Below, piece by piece: positions 55,505-64,000 of a DNA stretch of 64,000 nt. Numbering within the stretch: the first letter of the stretch is position 1; each line of letters opens with the position of its first letter. The position numbers and the translations under genes were made by a program. The stretch spans positions 64,001 to 128,000 of the forward strand of contig CAWAUV010000006.1 in the NCBI GenBank assembly GCA_963785305.1, in the 5' to 3' direction. The notes beneath the pieces were generated by a model that was given only the letters and a program-made list of their open reading frames with translations, was not told the origin of the DNA and did not search any database. The DNA comes from an uncultured Planctomycetaceae bacterium. GTDB taxonomy: Bacteria; Planctomycetota; Planctomycetia; Pirellulales; PALSA-1355.

Positions 55505-55520
55505 CGGCTCGCGGGTTGCA
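55505..55520 (+). promoter_or_regulatory. Possible sigma54 promoter
   Basis: CGGCTCG-N4-TTGCA (GG-N10-GC) about 80 bp upstream of the YfdX gene. Confidence 0.4.
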
Positions 55521-55602
55521 GTACAAGTTTGCTTCTCACCTCGAAATGTTTTTCGAGTTCACTTCACATTGGCAGTGTTGAAACTGCCCAAGGAGCATTT
55601 TT

Positions 55603-56367
55603 ATGAAGATGTCGTTTTTAGCGCCAGTGGCGCTGGCATGCACCATGGTTGGAACGCAAGCATGGGCCGTGGAGTCATCGGCCGCGTCGTCGGCGAAGGC
55701 GCACGCCAAAAATGGATTGTCCCACGACCTGATGCTTGTCTCCAACGACGGTTACTCCGCGCTTCGAGCCATTCATGGAGCGCGAATCGCGATTTTCAAT
55801 GGCGATACGAAACTCGCCGACGAAATGCTCGACAAGGCGAAAAAAGACCTGGACGCCGCGACCAAGGACGCCCATACATTTTGCTTGGCCGCGAAATCGG
55901 CGGATCGCGACGACAAGGCCGATGAGAAGTCGACCAGCGATAAGTCGGTGAGCGAAACGAATCGAAAATCAACGGGCGATAAGGGCGACAAAATGGATAT
56001 GATCCCGATCGACGCCGAGATCGGGATCGCCGACACGTTCGTGCCTTCGGAAGAGAAGTCGAAGCATATCGACAAGGCCAACGAGCATTTGAAGTCGGGT
56101 CGCAGCAAGGAAGCGGTCGAGGAATTGCGGCTTGGCGAGGTCGATGTTGTTTTTACCCGCGTGCTGCTGCCCTTGGAATCGACCAAGAAGCGCGTGGCCG
56201 ACGCCGAGAAACTGGTCGGCGAGCACAAGTATTACGAAGCTAATCTGGCCTTGAAAGCCGCCGAATCAGGGCTCGTGATCGACGCGATCGACCTGTCGGG
56301 AACCGCCACGGAGGCCCCTTCGGCTTCGGCGGCCAAATCGACGAAGGAACAATCGGCGAAGAAATAA
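55603..56367 (+). CDS. YfdX family secreted protein
   Basis: IHGARIAIFNGD, KANEHLKSG, KYYEANLALKAAE; signal peptide; AAGGAG RBS. Confidence 0.85.
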   Translation: MKMSFLAPVALACTMVGTQAWAVESSAASSAKAHAKNGLSHDLMLVSNDGYSALRAIHGARIAIFNGDTKLADEMLDKAKKDLDAATKDAHTFCLAAKSADRDDKADEKSTSDKSVSETNRKSTGDKGDKMDMIPIDAEIGIADTFVPSEEKSKHIDKANEHLKSGRSKEAVEELRLGEVDVVFTRVLLPLESTKKRVADAEKLVGEHKYYEANLALKAAESGLVIDAIDLSGTATEAPSASAAKSTKEQSAKK

Positions 56368-56389
56368 ACGATCTCGCGATGGATCGGTC

Positions 56390-56494
56390 GACTAGGTAAG
56401 GGGCAAACCGGCCAAGGCCGGGAGGCTCGTTAACGAGTAAGCCGACGCGACGGCGGACGCCCCCCGGGGAGCGTCGTGTCGCGTCGGCTTTGTT
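56390..56494 (+). ncRNA. Candidate cis-regulatory leader RNA with terminator (copy 2)
   Basis: GACTAG..GGGC..CCGGC CAAG GCCGG..GCTC..GAGTAAGCCGACGCG...CGCGTCGGC-TTTGTT; aligns without gaps to copy 1. Confidence 0.65.
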
Positions 56495-56621
56495 CATGGT
56501 CGCGGCGCGGCGGAAACCGCCACCATGTCAGCGGGAGGATCCGTGATGTTCGTGACGGCACTTAAACGGGCGGCTCGCCCTGAAACGTCATGGATGGTTC
56601 TTTTATCGAAGGAGATCGTGA

Positions 56622-56829
56622 ATGTCCACGGCGACGAAACACCCAGCGTGCGCAACATCAGAATGCGGCCTCGGAACACGAGGCGGCCGCGCATCATCAC
56701 CGCGAGGCGGCTCACCACCACGAGCAAGGCGAGCACGATGAGGCCAAGGTGCATGCCGAATCGGCCAAGTCGCATTGCCAAGAGGCGGAGCGACTCGGCA
56801 AAACGGCGCATCAGCATTCGCAGAAGTAG
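56622..56829 (+). CDS. Small His-rich helical protein (apparent frameshift near 56652)
   Basis: GAAGGAG RBS, ATG MSTATKHPA, then QHQNAASEHEAAAHHHREAAHHHEQGEHDEAKVHAESAKSH. Confidence 0.65.
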
Positions 56830-56957
56830 CGGGAGCTCGGCAAGCGCGAATTCGCATGCCGTGTTGAACAAGCCCTCGGCGCGCGTCGCCGAGGGCATTT
56901 TTTCCCCGTCAAATCCAAGGCGATGGCGCCTCTCTCTCCAAAACAAGGATTGAAACC

Positions 56958-57491
56958 ATGTCGGAACAGAACTCCGCGGTTGCGGTATTCACGTCGCACG
57001 AAAACGCCGAAGCCGCCATCCGCGAGCTCCAACAAAGCGGCTTTGATATGAAAAAACTGTCGATCGTCGGCAAGGACTATCAGACCGAGGAACATGTCGT
57101 GGGCTACTACACCACGGGCGACCGCATGCTGTACTGGGGCAAATTGGGCGCGTTCTGGGGCGGCTTCTGGGGCCTGTTGTTCGGCTCCGCGTTTTTTTGG
57201 GTCCCCGGCGTCGGTCAATTGTTGGTCGCGGGACCGCTCGTGATGTGGATCGTCGGGGCGCTCGAAGGCGCTGTCGTGACCGGTGGCCTCACCGCGCTCG
57301 GCGCCGGACTTTACAGTATCGGCATTCCCAAGAACAGCGTCATGCAATATCAGACCGAAGTAAAGAACGGCAGACTCGTATTGGTCGCCCACGGCTCGCC
57401 CGGGGAAGTCGCGCGCGCGCGAGGCATTCTCGAACAAACCGATGCACTCTCCACGACGGTACATTCCGAACGCAGCACCGTCGGCGTGTAG
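56958..57491 (+). CDS. General stress membrane protein (YflT/DUF1269-like)
   Basis: AEAAIRELQQSGFDMKKLSIVGKD, WGGFWGLLFG, glycine zippers. Confidence 0.85.
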   Translation: MSEQNSAVAVFTSHENAEAAIRELQQSGFDMKKLSIVGKDYQTEEHVVGYYTTGDRMLYWGKLGAFWGGFWGLLFGSAFFWVPGVGQLLVAGPLVMWIVGALEGAVVTGGLTALGAGLYSIGIPKNSVMQYQTEVKNGRLVLVAHGSPGEVARARGILEQTDALSTTVHSERSTVGV

Positions 57492-57596
57492 CGTGTCTTC
57501 TCGATGTCCGCCCTGGCTCGCCCGACACGGGCGAGTCATGGCGCGGATGGTGGTTTCCTTACCTCGCGCATTCGCGACCCGATCACGGAGCAAACC

Positions 57597-58340
57597 ATGA
57601 GCATTCCGTCCGCCGGCACGACGAGCTTGAAAGAATTGCCCTCGATGCGAATTCTCCTCGCCGATGCCGACAAGTCCGTTCATCAAGCGTATTGCGAACC
57701 GCTCGCGCGAGAAAATATCGAACTTGTCGCGGCGCGAAATGGAGTCGAATGTATCGAGCTTCTTCGAGACCACGCTCCCGACGTGGTGGTGCTTGACTCC
57801 CAGTTGCGCTGGGGCGGGAGCGATGGCGTGCTGGCGTTCATGCACGAAGCTCCCGCGCTCTCGAGTATTCCAGTGGTCGTTCTGACCTCATGTTGCGAAA
57901 ACGATGCCTTGGCAAGCCTGGAGCGTTTTCCGGTCAGCGACTACCACTCCAAGCCGCTGTCGCCCCTGAGATTGGCAAAAACACTCCGCGAGCTGCACGG
58001 GCGTCGTCGGTTGCACGACGACTTTGCCGAGGAAACGGGCCGGCTAGAACGCTCGATCATGACCCGAACCCATGGGCGCATCACAAATCTGCGCGTCGAG
58101 ACGATCGCTGGCGGCGTGCAGGTGCGGGGCGACTCGAACTCGTACCATACCCGGCAATTGGCTCTCGCCGCGGTGCTGGAAGCATTTCCGGCGTTGGATT
58201 CGAAGCTCGGAAAAATTCACTTGGACATAACCGTTTCCAGACCGCGTGTCCGGAGACCGATTGCAACGAATTCCGATCGGCGCCCGCCAACGTGTCACGA
58301 ATTCGCCGAGCCGTCTTTCGAGTCGGCGCCGGAAGAGTGA
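57597..58340 (+). CDS. Response regulator receiver with BON-like C-terminal domain
   Basis: RILLADAD, PDVVVLD, KP motif; RITNLRVE...VQVRGDSNSYHTRQLA. Confidence 0.75.
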   Translation: MSIPSAGTTSLKELPSMRILLADADKSVHQAYCEPLARENIELVAARNGVECIELLRDHAPDVVVLDSQLRWGGSDGVLAFMHEAPALSSIPVVVLTSCCENDALASLERFPVSDYHSKPLSPLRLAKTLRELHGRRRLHDDFAEETGRLERSIMTRTHGRITNLRVETIAGGVQVRGDSNSYHTRQLALAAVLEAFPALDSKLGKIHLDITVSRPRVRRPIATNSDRRPPTCHEFAEPSFESAPEE

Positions 58341-58474
58341 ACTCCCGCGCCCCCGGAACCCACGACGCCATGAAGCATCGCCACTCGTTTCCGTGAGCGA
58401 TTGGAATGCATCGGGAGTTGGATTGAATATCATCCCTGCTCGCGCTTGCGCTTCGGGTAGTGATCGGCGCGGCC

Positions 58475-58640
58475 AGTGCTTTGTCACGGCTGAAATGATA
58501 GGTAACCCCGTGTGCCACGCCCACGCCCAGCGTGGGCATGTTTTCAAGCGCCGCGCGGAGTCCTCATGCCCGCGCAGGGCCGTGGGCATGGCGCCACGGA
58601 ACCAATCCAACCCGTCATTTCAATTGTGACAATGCGTTTA
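58475..58640. repeat. Inverted REP doublet nested inside imperfect terminal IRs
   Basis: GCTTTGTCACGGCTGAAATGA / TCATTTCAATTGTGACAATGC (17/21) enclosing GTGCCACGCCCACG..CGTGGGCATG and CATGCCCGCG..CGTGGGCATGGCGCC. Confidence 0.65.
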
Positions 58641-58729
58641 GCGGAGAGGACTAAATCAACAGGCCGCGGCGCTACAGGCTTGCATCGATGGCGTCTCGCC
58701 GGCTTGGACGCACGGAGCGAAATGGCATT

Positions 58730-60006
58730 CTATTTCGCCGCGCCGAGCTTCCAGAGGTGCTGGTCGCCGCGGATGAAGATCGCGTGATCGGCCACGATTG
58801 GCGAGCTTTGCAGGGTCTCGCCCAAGTGAATGCGAGAGGCGATCTCAAGCTTCCGCCCCCCATCGCCCACATGCACCACCAGCACATCGCCTTTCGCGCG
58901 GCGCAAATCAGTCGGTCGCCCACCAGCACCGGAGTGCCCCAGAAAGAATCATCGAGCCGCAATTTGCCGAGCGATTTGCCGGTCGCGGCATCGGCCACGA
59001 TCAGCACTCCCGAGCGATTGACGAGATAGAGCCGGCCGTCGTGGACCACGAGACTGGCGCCGCCGGGCTTCAAGGTATTGTCGTGCCACACGATGTCGGG
59101 CTCGGCTTTGCCCGGCGATGGTCGCAGGCACGTGACGCCCTCGCTGGGCACATAGACCAGCGAGCCCGCGGCGACGGCCGAGGGAATGCCTTCACACGGC
59201 TTTACATAATTCCACAGTTCGCGGCCAGTCGCGGGATCGACGGCCGTGAGCCGGCTGGGGCTCTGCAGCAAAACGGCGGGCGGCTCGCCCGGCGCGGCGC
59301 CCGGCATCACGATCGGCGAACACCAGCTAGCGGCTTTCGGGCGGTCGATCTTCCACGCCGTTTGGCCCGTCGCGCGATCGACGCCCACGACGAAACTATC
59401 GCCCTGATTCTCGACCTGGGCCACGACCACATTGCCCACCACGGCGGGCGATGAGCTCATGCCGACATCGTTGCCCGCGGCCGGAAACTCGACCGCGAGG
59501 CCGCGATACCAAAGCAGCTTGCCGGTGAGATCGAGCGCCACCAGATCGTTCGACGAGTAGAAGGCGAAGATCGCCGCGCCGTCGCTGGCGGGCGTTGGCG
59601 CGGCGTTGGCGCTTGTCGGATGGGTAATCGTGCGGCCGGTGGCCCAAAACTGCCGATCCCAGCGCGGTTTGCCGGTCGCGGCGTCGAAAGCCAGCACATG
59701 CATGCGGTCTTGCTGGAAGCCGCTCGAGGCGGTGACGATCACTTGGTCGCCCACGACGATCGGGCTCGATGGCCCGCGCCCGGCAGATCGACGCGCCACA
59801 GAATCGCCCGCTCGCCATCGATTATTTCCGGCAGCGCATCGGCGGGCAGCGCGGTGTTGCTGTGGGCAGCGCGAAATTGCGGCCAATCGGCGCCCGACGC
59901 CGCGACGAGCAACGCGATCAGCGCACAACACTCCCGTGTCGCGCAGCTCGCTGGATCGGCCGTGCTCGATAATTCGCGATGCGATGTTCCGGCGGGCTTG
60001 CTTCAT
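58730..60006 (-). CDS. PQQ-like beta-propeller (BamB-type) protein, frameshifted
   Basis: ADWPQFR, GPSSPIVVGDQV, TPASDG, SSPAVVG repeats. Confidence 0.8.
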
Positions 60007-61248
60007 GGCTGCTTCTTCTCCGGAGATTCTTGACTGGCGGGGCCGCTCGGGGCCTGGAGCACGATCGCGCCGCCGGTGGCGTCGGAAATGCGCGCCTGGA
60101 ATTTCCATTCGCCGGCCCAAACATCGGTCTGCTCGTTTTGACACACCTTCAACAGCAACTCGTTCTTGCCGGCGCGAAGCTCGACCGGAATGACGAATTG
60201 ATCCATGCGCACGAAGGCATGATACACATTGCGCTCGAACACCAGCTTGCCGTTGAGCCAGACCTTGATCGCGTTTTCGCAGCCGATCCGAACCTCGGCC
60301 GGTTGCTCGCGGGGACTATCGAGCTCCGCGACCGCGTAGGCGAGCACTCCTTTTTCCTTCGCGATCAATTGATTCAAGTCGACTTCGCCCAGCGGAGCGT
60401 CGGTCGTGGTGGGCTTCCAATGCGCCTGGCCGCTTTTACCCTCGAGCTCGGCCTTGAGATCGACCCGCTTCTCCGGCGGATAAGCGATGTCGAAGCCGCG
60501 CTTTTCGGCATTGTCGAAGGGGCCGATTACATGCCACCGCCGAATAAATCCGTAATGCCCCGCGAGATCGACCGGATGGCCGAGCAGCTTGAGCGCGTCG
60601 GCCGCGGCTTTGACCTGATCTTCATCGCGCACCGCGCCGGCGCTTGGGTATAAGCGGCGAGGGCGGCGTCGGACTCCTTTTTCTCGGCCAGCGCATCGGC
60701 CCGAGCGAGCACGCGCGCCACGGCGTCGCGGCGCAGCTCGAACACTTGGGTCGTCGAGCAGCGTCGGCCCCAATCGGTCGGCATTGGTCGGGTCGCCTCG
60801 CAGCAGCCAATCGTAAGCCAAGCGGCGAGCCCGGGGCTCATGTGAGCGATCATGAAAAAACGCTTCGAGCTGAGCGACCGGCAGCGTGCCGGCGGCGAGG
60901 CCGCGCTCGGCGATGGTGTCGATGGCCGCCCGAATCCAATTGGCGCCGAGCGGCGTCGCGTGGTCGAGCGCCGTGAGCAAGCTCGGCAATGCCTGAGGCC
61001 CGGCCGATTCAAGCGCGCGCAGGCGCTCGCGACGCCTTCTCCCCTTCGTCGCCGCCCGGGCCAATACCGGCGAGGAGCGCGACCGCCTGCTGGCGAGCGG
61101 TATCGGAGGGCGCTTCCGAAGCGTGCGAAATCGTGATCGCCGTCGAAGCACCGACAATCGCCGCAAAAACAGGCGCCGCAAAAACCCGCGCCGCGAACAA
61201 TCGCATCCCGCAAAGTCGATCCCGCGTCGGTCGATCCGCTAGGCTCAT
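60003..61248 (-). CDS. Secreted HEAT-like + beta-sandwich hypothetical protein, frameshifted
   Basis: ANWIRAAIDTI, ARRLAYDWL, WHVIGPFDN, NAIKVWLNG, NELLLKVCQNEQ. Confidence 0.65.
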
Positions 61249-61413
61249 CACGCAGCTCCTGGGCAGTCGCGACAAGCTTTTTTGAAGCTTGCGCAGACGG
61301 CGCGGCCGCAACAACGCGGCGGCGCGATCGCATCGTGCCTTGATTTTAGGCGCCTCGCCGCCAAGAACAAGCCACGCTAGCGCGACCTTGGCGAGCTTCT
61401 TCGCGAACGCGCG

Positions 61414-64000
61414 CTACCCCAAGACCGGCGAGAATTCCGAGGTGTCGCCGGTCGGGTCGGTCGCCGTGGCGGTGTAGTATTGGGCGCCGGCCAGGGCGCT
61501 CGGGCCTTGATAGACGAAAGTCGCCGTGCCCTCGGAGCCGGTCCACACCGAGAGCGAGCCGAGAAACACATTGCCCGACGCTTCGTTCGCATAGTTGGCG
61601 AAGAACTCGATCGTGTAGGTCGTGAACGGAGTGGCCGAAAGGCCGCCGGCGATTTGCACTCCAAACGGTTTCTGTTCGACCCAGGTGAGCACCGGCGCCG
61701 GCTGGTTGAGATTGGCGCCCGACGCGACTTGAATTCCAGCGGCGAAGTTATTGTGAATCGAGTTCCGCAAAATCGCGTTGCCCGCGCCCGAGAGCACCGC
61801 CACGCCGTTGCCCGCGTTGTAGGCGATATCGTTGGCCGAAAGATTCGGCCCAAAGCTGGTGCTATTCGAGCTGCTGCTCAAGTAGCCGCGTTGGCCGAGA
61901 CCATCGCCGCCGACAGTGCCCGTCGAGGCTCCGCCGATGATGTTGTCGGAACTGTCGGTGATGGCGATCCCCGCCCCTCCGTTGGGCAGCGATTGCAGAC
62001 TCGTTTCGTTGGTTCCGATCTGGTTTGCGATTACCGTATTGTTGTTCGTGCCGTTGAGATCGATGCCGTCGCCGCTGTTGCCGCTGATGACCGTGGTGAG
62101 TCCCGACACGATCGAACCGATCGTGTTGCCATGGCTGCCGGGCCCGAGCAACACTCCGGCCAGCGCGTTGCCGAGCGGGTCGAGGCCCGTGAGATCGGTT
62201 CCGATATAGCTGTAGTCGACCTGGATATCATGGGCCGTGCCATCGATCGCCACTCCGTTGCCGCCGTTGGATGAAATGACGTTGTGGGGAATGATGTTGA
62301 ATGTGAGTTGCGGGCCGCCGATGATGTCGCCGCTCGCGTTGCCATCGACTTCGATGCCGTTGTTCTTGTTGCCCATCGGGGCGTTGCCGTTTGTGTCGAG
62401 CCCCACGATATTGCCGGCCACGCGCACTCCGGTGGCGTTGCCCCCGATTTCAATACCGTCGTTGCCGTTTTCGGTGACGACGTTGGTGCGAATCAAGATG
62501 CCGGCGCCGGTGGTGGTGATGAGCATGCCATCGTTGTGATTGCCGAGGTTGGTATAGGTTTCGAAGGCGGCGAGACCGCAGAATGTGTTGTAGGACGTGA
62601 AATCGCTCGCCGTGTCTTGCACCACGATGCCATTTTCGCCATTGGCCGCGTCGACATTGCCCAGCGGAATCGGTCCGCCCATGGTGGTTCCCGACGACGA
62701 GCCCTCGACGATCACGCCATTGAGCCCATTGCCGAGGGCGGTTAGATTGTCGGCGCCGAGGCCGAAGAAGTTGGCTTGGATCGTGGTGCCATTCGAATTA
62801 TCCACGCTAAGGCCATTGCCGCCATTGCCGCTCACGACATTGTAAAACACGAAGGGATTCGTGGTGGCCAAGCAGCCGGAGAGCGTGTTGTCGTCGGCTT
62901 CGTCGATGGCCACTCCGTCGCCGGTGTTGCCGAGCGCGGCGCTGCCCGAGGCGGTGGTTCCGATATAGTTTCCGCTGAGCGTGTTTCCCGTGGCGCCGGC
63001 ATTGATCAGCACGCCGTCGCCATCGTTGCCCGAGATGAGATTTCCCTGGGGCGGGCGCACGAACACTCCGCCCGTGGGATCATTGCCGCCGGTGGCTTCG
63101 CCGCCGATGAGGTTGTTGCTCGAGTTGTCGGTGATGAGAATTCCGTTTTGCCCGTTACCTCGCTTATACGTTCCTGTCGAGTCGACGCCGATCATGTCCA
63201 TCGCGACTTGGTTGTCGCTGGCGCTCGAGAATTCGATGCCGTTGTCGCCGTTGGCGCTAATCACGTTCGACAGTTGAAAGTCGGGGTTGATCGTGGCCTG
63301 GAAGGAAAATCCGCCGTCGGGGCCGATCACCACCCCGACCACCACATCGCCGTAGACGGAATTCGAGCTGCTGATATTCGTGGCGGGATTGACTCCGGCG
63401 TAGTTGAGATTCACCCAGGTGGCCGCGCCAAACGATCCATCGGAGTTCCGCGTGACCGTGACCCACGAGCCTTGCACGGCGGCGGTCGAACCACTCTGGA
63501 CCGAGTCGGCGCTGAGGGTGTACACGCCCGACGCGACGCTGCTGATGCCTTCGAAATGCGTGATGTAATTCGTGCCGTCGGGGTACGAGAACGTTGCCCA
63601 GTTGGAGAATTGGCCCGTGGCCGAGTCGTAGTCGACGAGATATGCCTGCCCGATCGGCTGATCCTGATTCAGCAGGTTATTGACGGCGTTGGGGCTCCAG
63701 CCGCCGCAGATCGTGTAGCTCGTGCCGCCATTGTACCAGATGCCATAGGCGGTATCGCTGATCGAGCCGGGATAGGTGATGTTGGTGATGAACTGGCCAG
63801 TCGCGACATTATAAATATACGCATTGCCGGGGCCGAGCGGCAGGCCGTAGTCGCCGTGCTCGATCGAACTGTCGTAGTTGCCGACCGCCAGCCCGCCCAT
63901 CACGCTATGCACGTAGTTGTACTCGGCGCCGGGATAGTCGATCGTCTGGTAAGCGCTGCTATTGGATAGATCGCTCGTCGTGCCAGTGAACACAAAGCCG
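61414..64000 (-). CDS. Large parallel beta-helix repeat surface protein (5' end outside the window)
   Basis: Many NVISGN..DG(V/I) / GNYIGT repeats; C-terminal TATATDPTGDTSEFS. Confidence 0.85.
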   Translation of the reverse strand, partial: GFVFTGTTSDLSNSSAYQTIDYPGAEYNYVHSVMGGLAVGNYDSSIEHGDYGLPLGPGNAYIYNVATGQFITNITYPGSISDTAYGIWYNGGTSYTICGGWSPNAVNNLLNQDQPIGQAYLVDYDSATGQFSNWATFSYPDGTNYITHFEGISSVASGVYTLSADSVQSGSTAAVQGSWVTVTRNSDGSFGAATWVNLNYAGVNPATNISSSNSVYGDVVVGVVIGPDGGFSFQATINPDFQLSNVISANGDNGIEFSSASDNQVAMDMIGVDSTGTYKRGNGQNGILITDNSSNNLIGGEATGGNDPTGGVFVRPPQGNLISGNDGDGVLINAGATGNTLSGNYIGTTASGSAALGNTGDGVAIDEADDNTLSGCLATTNPFVFYNVVSGNGGNGLSVDNSNGTTIQANFFGLGADNLTALGNGLNGVIVEGSSSGTTMGGPIPLGNVDAANGENGIVVQDTASDFTSYNTFCGLAAFETYTNLGNHNDGMLITTTGAGILIRTNVVTENGNDGIEIGGNATGVRVAGNIVGLDTNGNAPMGNKNNGIEVDGNASGDIIGGPQLTFNIIPHNVISSNGGNGVAIDGTAHDIQVDYSYIGTDLTGLDPLGNALAGVLLGPGSHGNTIGSIVSGLTTVISGNSGDGIDLNGTNNNTVIANQIGTNETSLQSLPNGGAGIAITDSSDNIIGGASTGTVGGDGLGQRGYLSSSSNSTSFGPNLSANDIAYNAGNGVAVLSGAGNAILRNSIHNNFAAGIQVASGANLNQPAPVLTWVEQKPFGVQIAGGLSATPFTTYTIEFFANYANEASGNVFLGSLSVWTGSEGTATFVYQGPSALAGAQYYTATATDPTGDTSEFSPVLG

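Noticed and set aside
5178..61248. Numerous frameshifts (VOC, DUF11, trpE, tad genes, IS1 transposase, lutA, kinase and others) as programmed frameshifting or mass pseudogenisation
   Set aside because: They hit unrelated and housekeeping genes with no common slippery motif, so uncorrected long-read indels are the simplest explanation. The transposase shift lies at a G run late in the DDE domain, not at an insA/insB A6C site.
1..64000. CRISPR array, rRNA, prophage
   Set aside because: No regularly spaced repeat-spacer array, cas, rRNA or phage genes seen.

Overview
High-GC window, most likely from a Planctomycete (Pirellulales-like gene content). Many genes are broken by single-base frameshifts, which suggests an unpolished long-read assembly. 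The backbone carries hisC/hisB, trpE, mcsA/mcsB, coaD, a partial Tad/Flp cluster, pyrE, lutABC, a sulfatase, a GH63 and planctomycete-type envelope proteins. Highlight 1: a 5.3-kb IS1-family passenger transposon (33079-38399; 23-bp perfect IRs, 8-bp TSD) carries a DNA methyltransferase, an RHH regulator and two divergent non-canonical tRNA-like genes. One folds as a 9/3 allo-tRNA with a UAU anticodon; the other has a CGC anticodon but no G3:U70 pair. Highlight 2: a structured leader RNA fused to a terminator occurs twice with compensatory base changes (52975-53074, 56390-56494) in an island with two DUF2294/MpsC-family genes; it is a candidate undescribed attenuator or riboswitch system. Highlight 3: an intact IS701-like IS and two identical 185-bp MITEs sharing its end, one of which demonstrably splits a gene. 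Highlight 4: two further families of REP-containing miniature elements.
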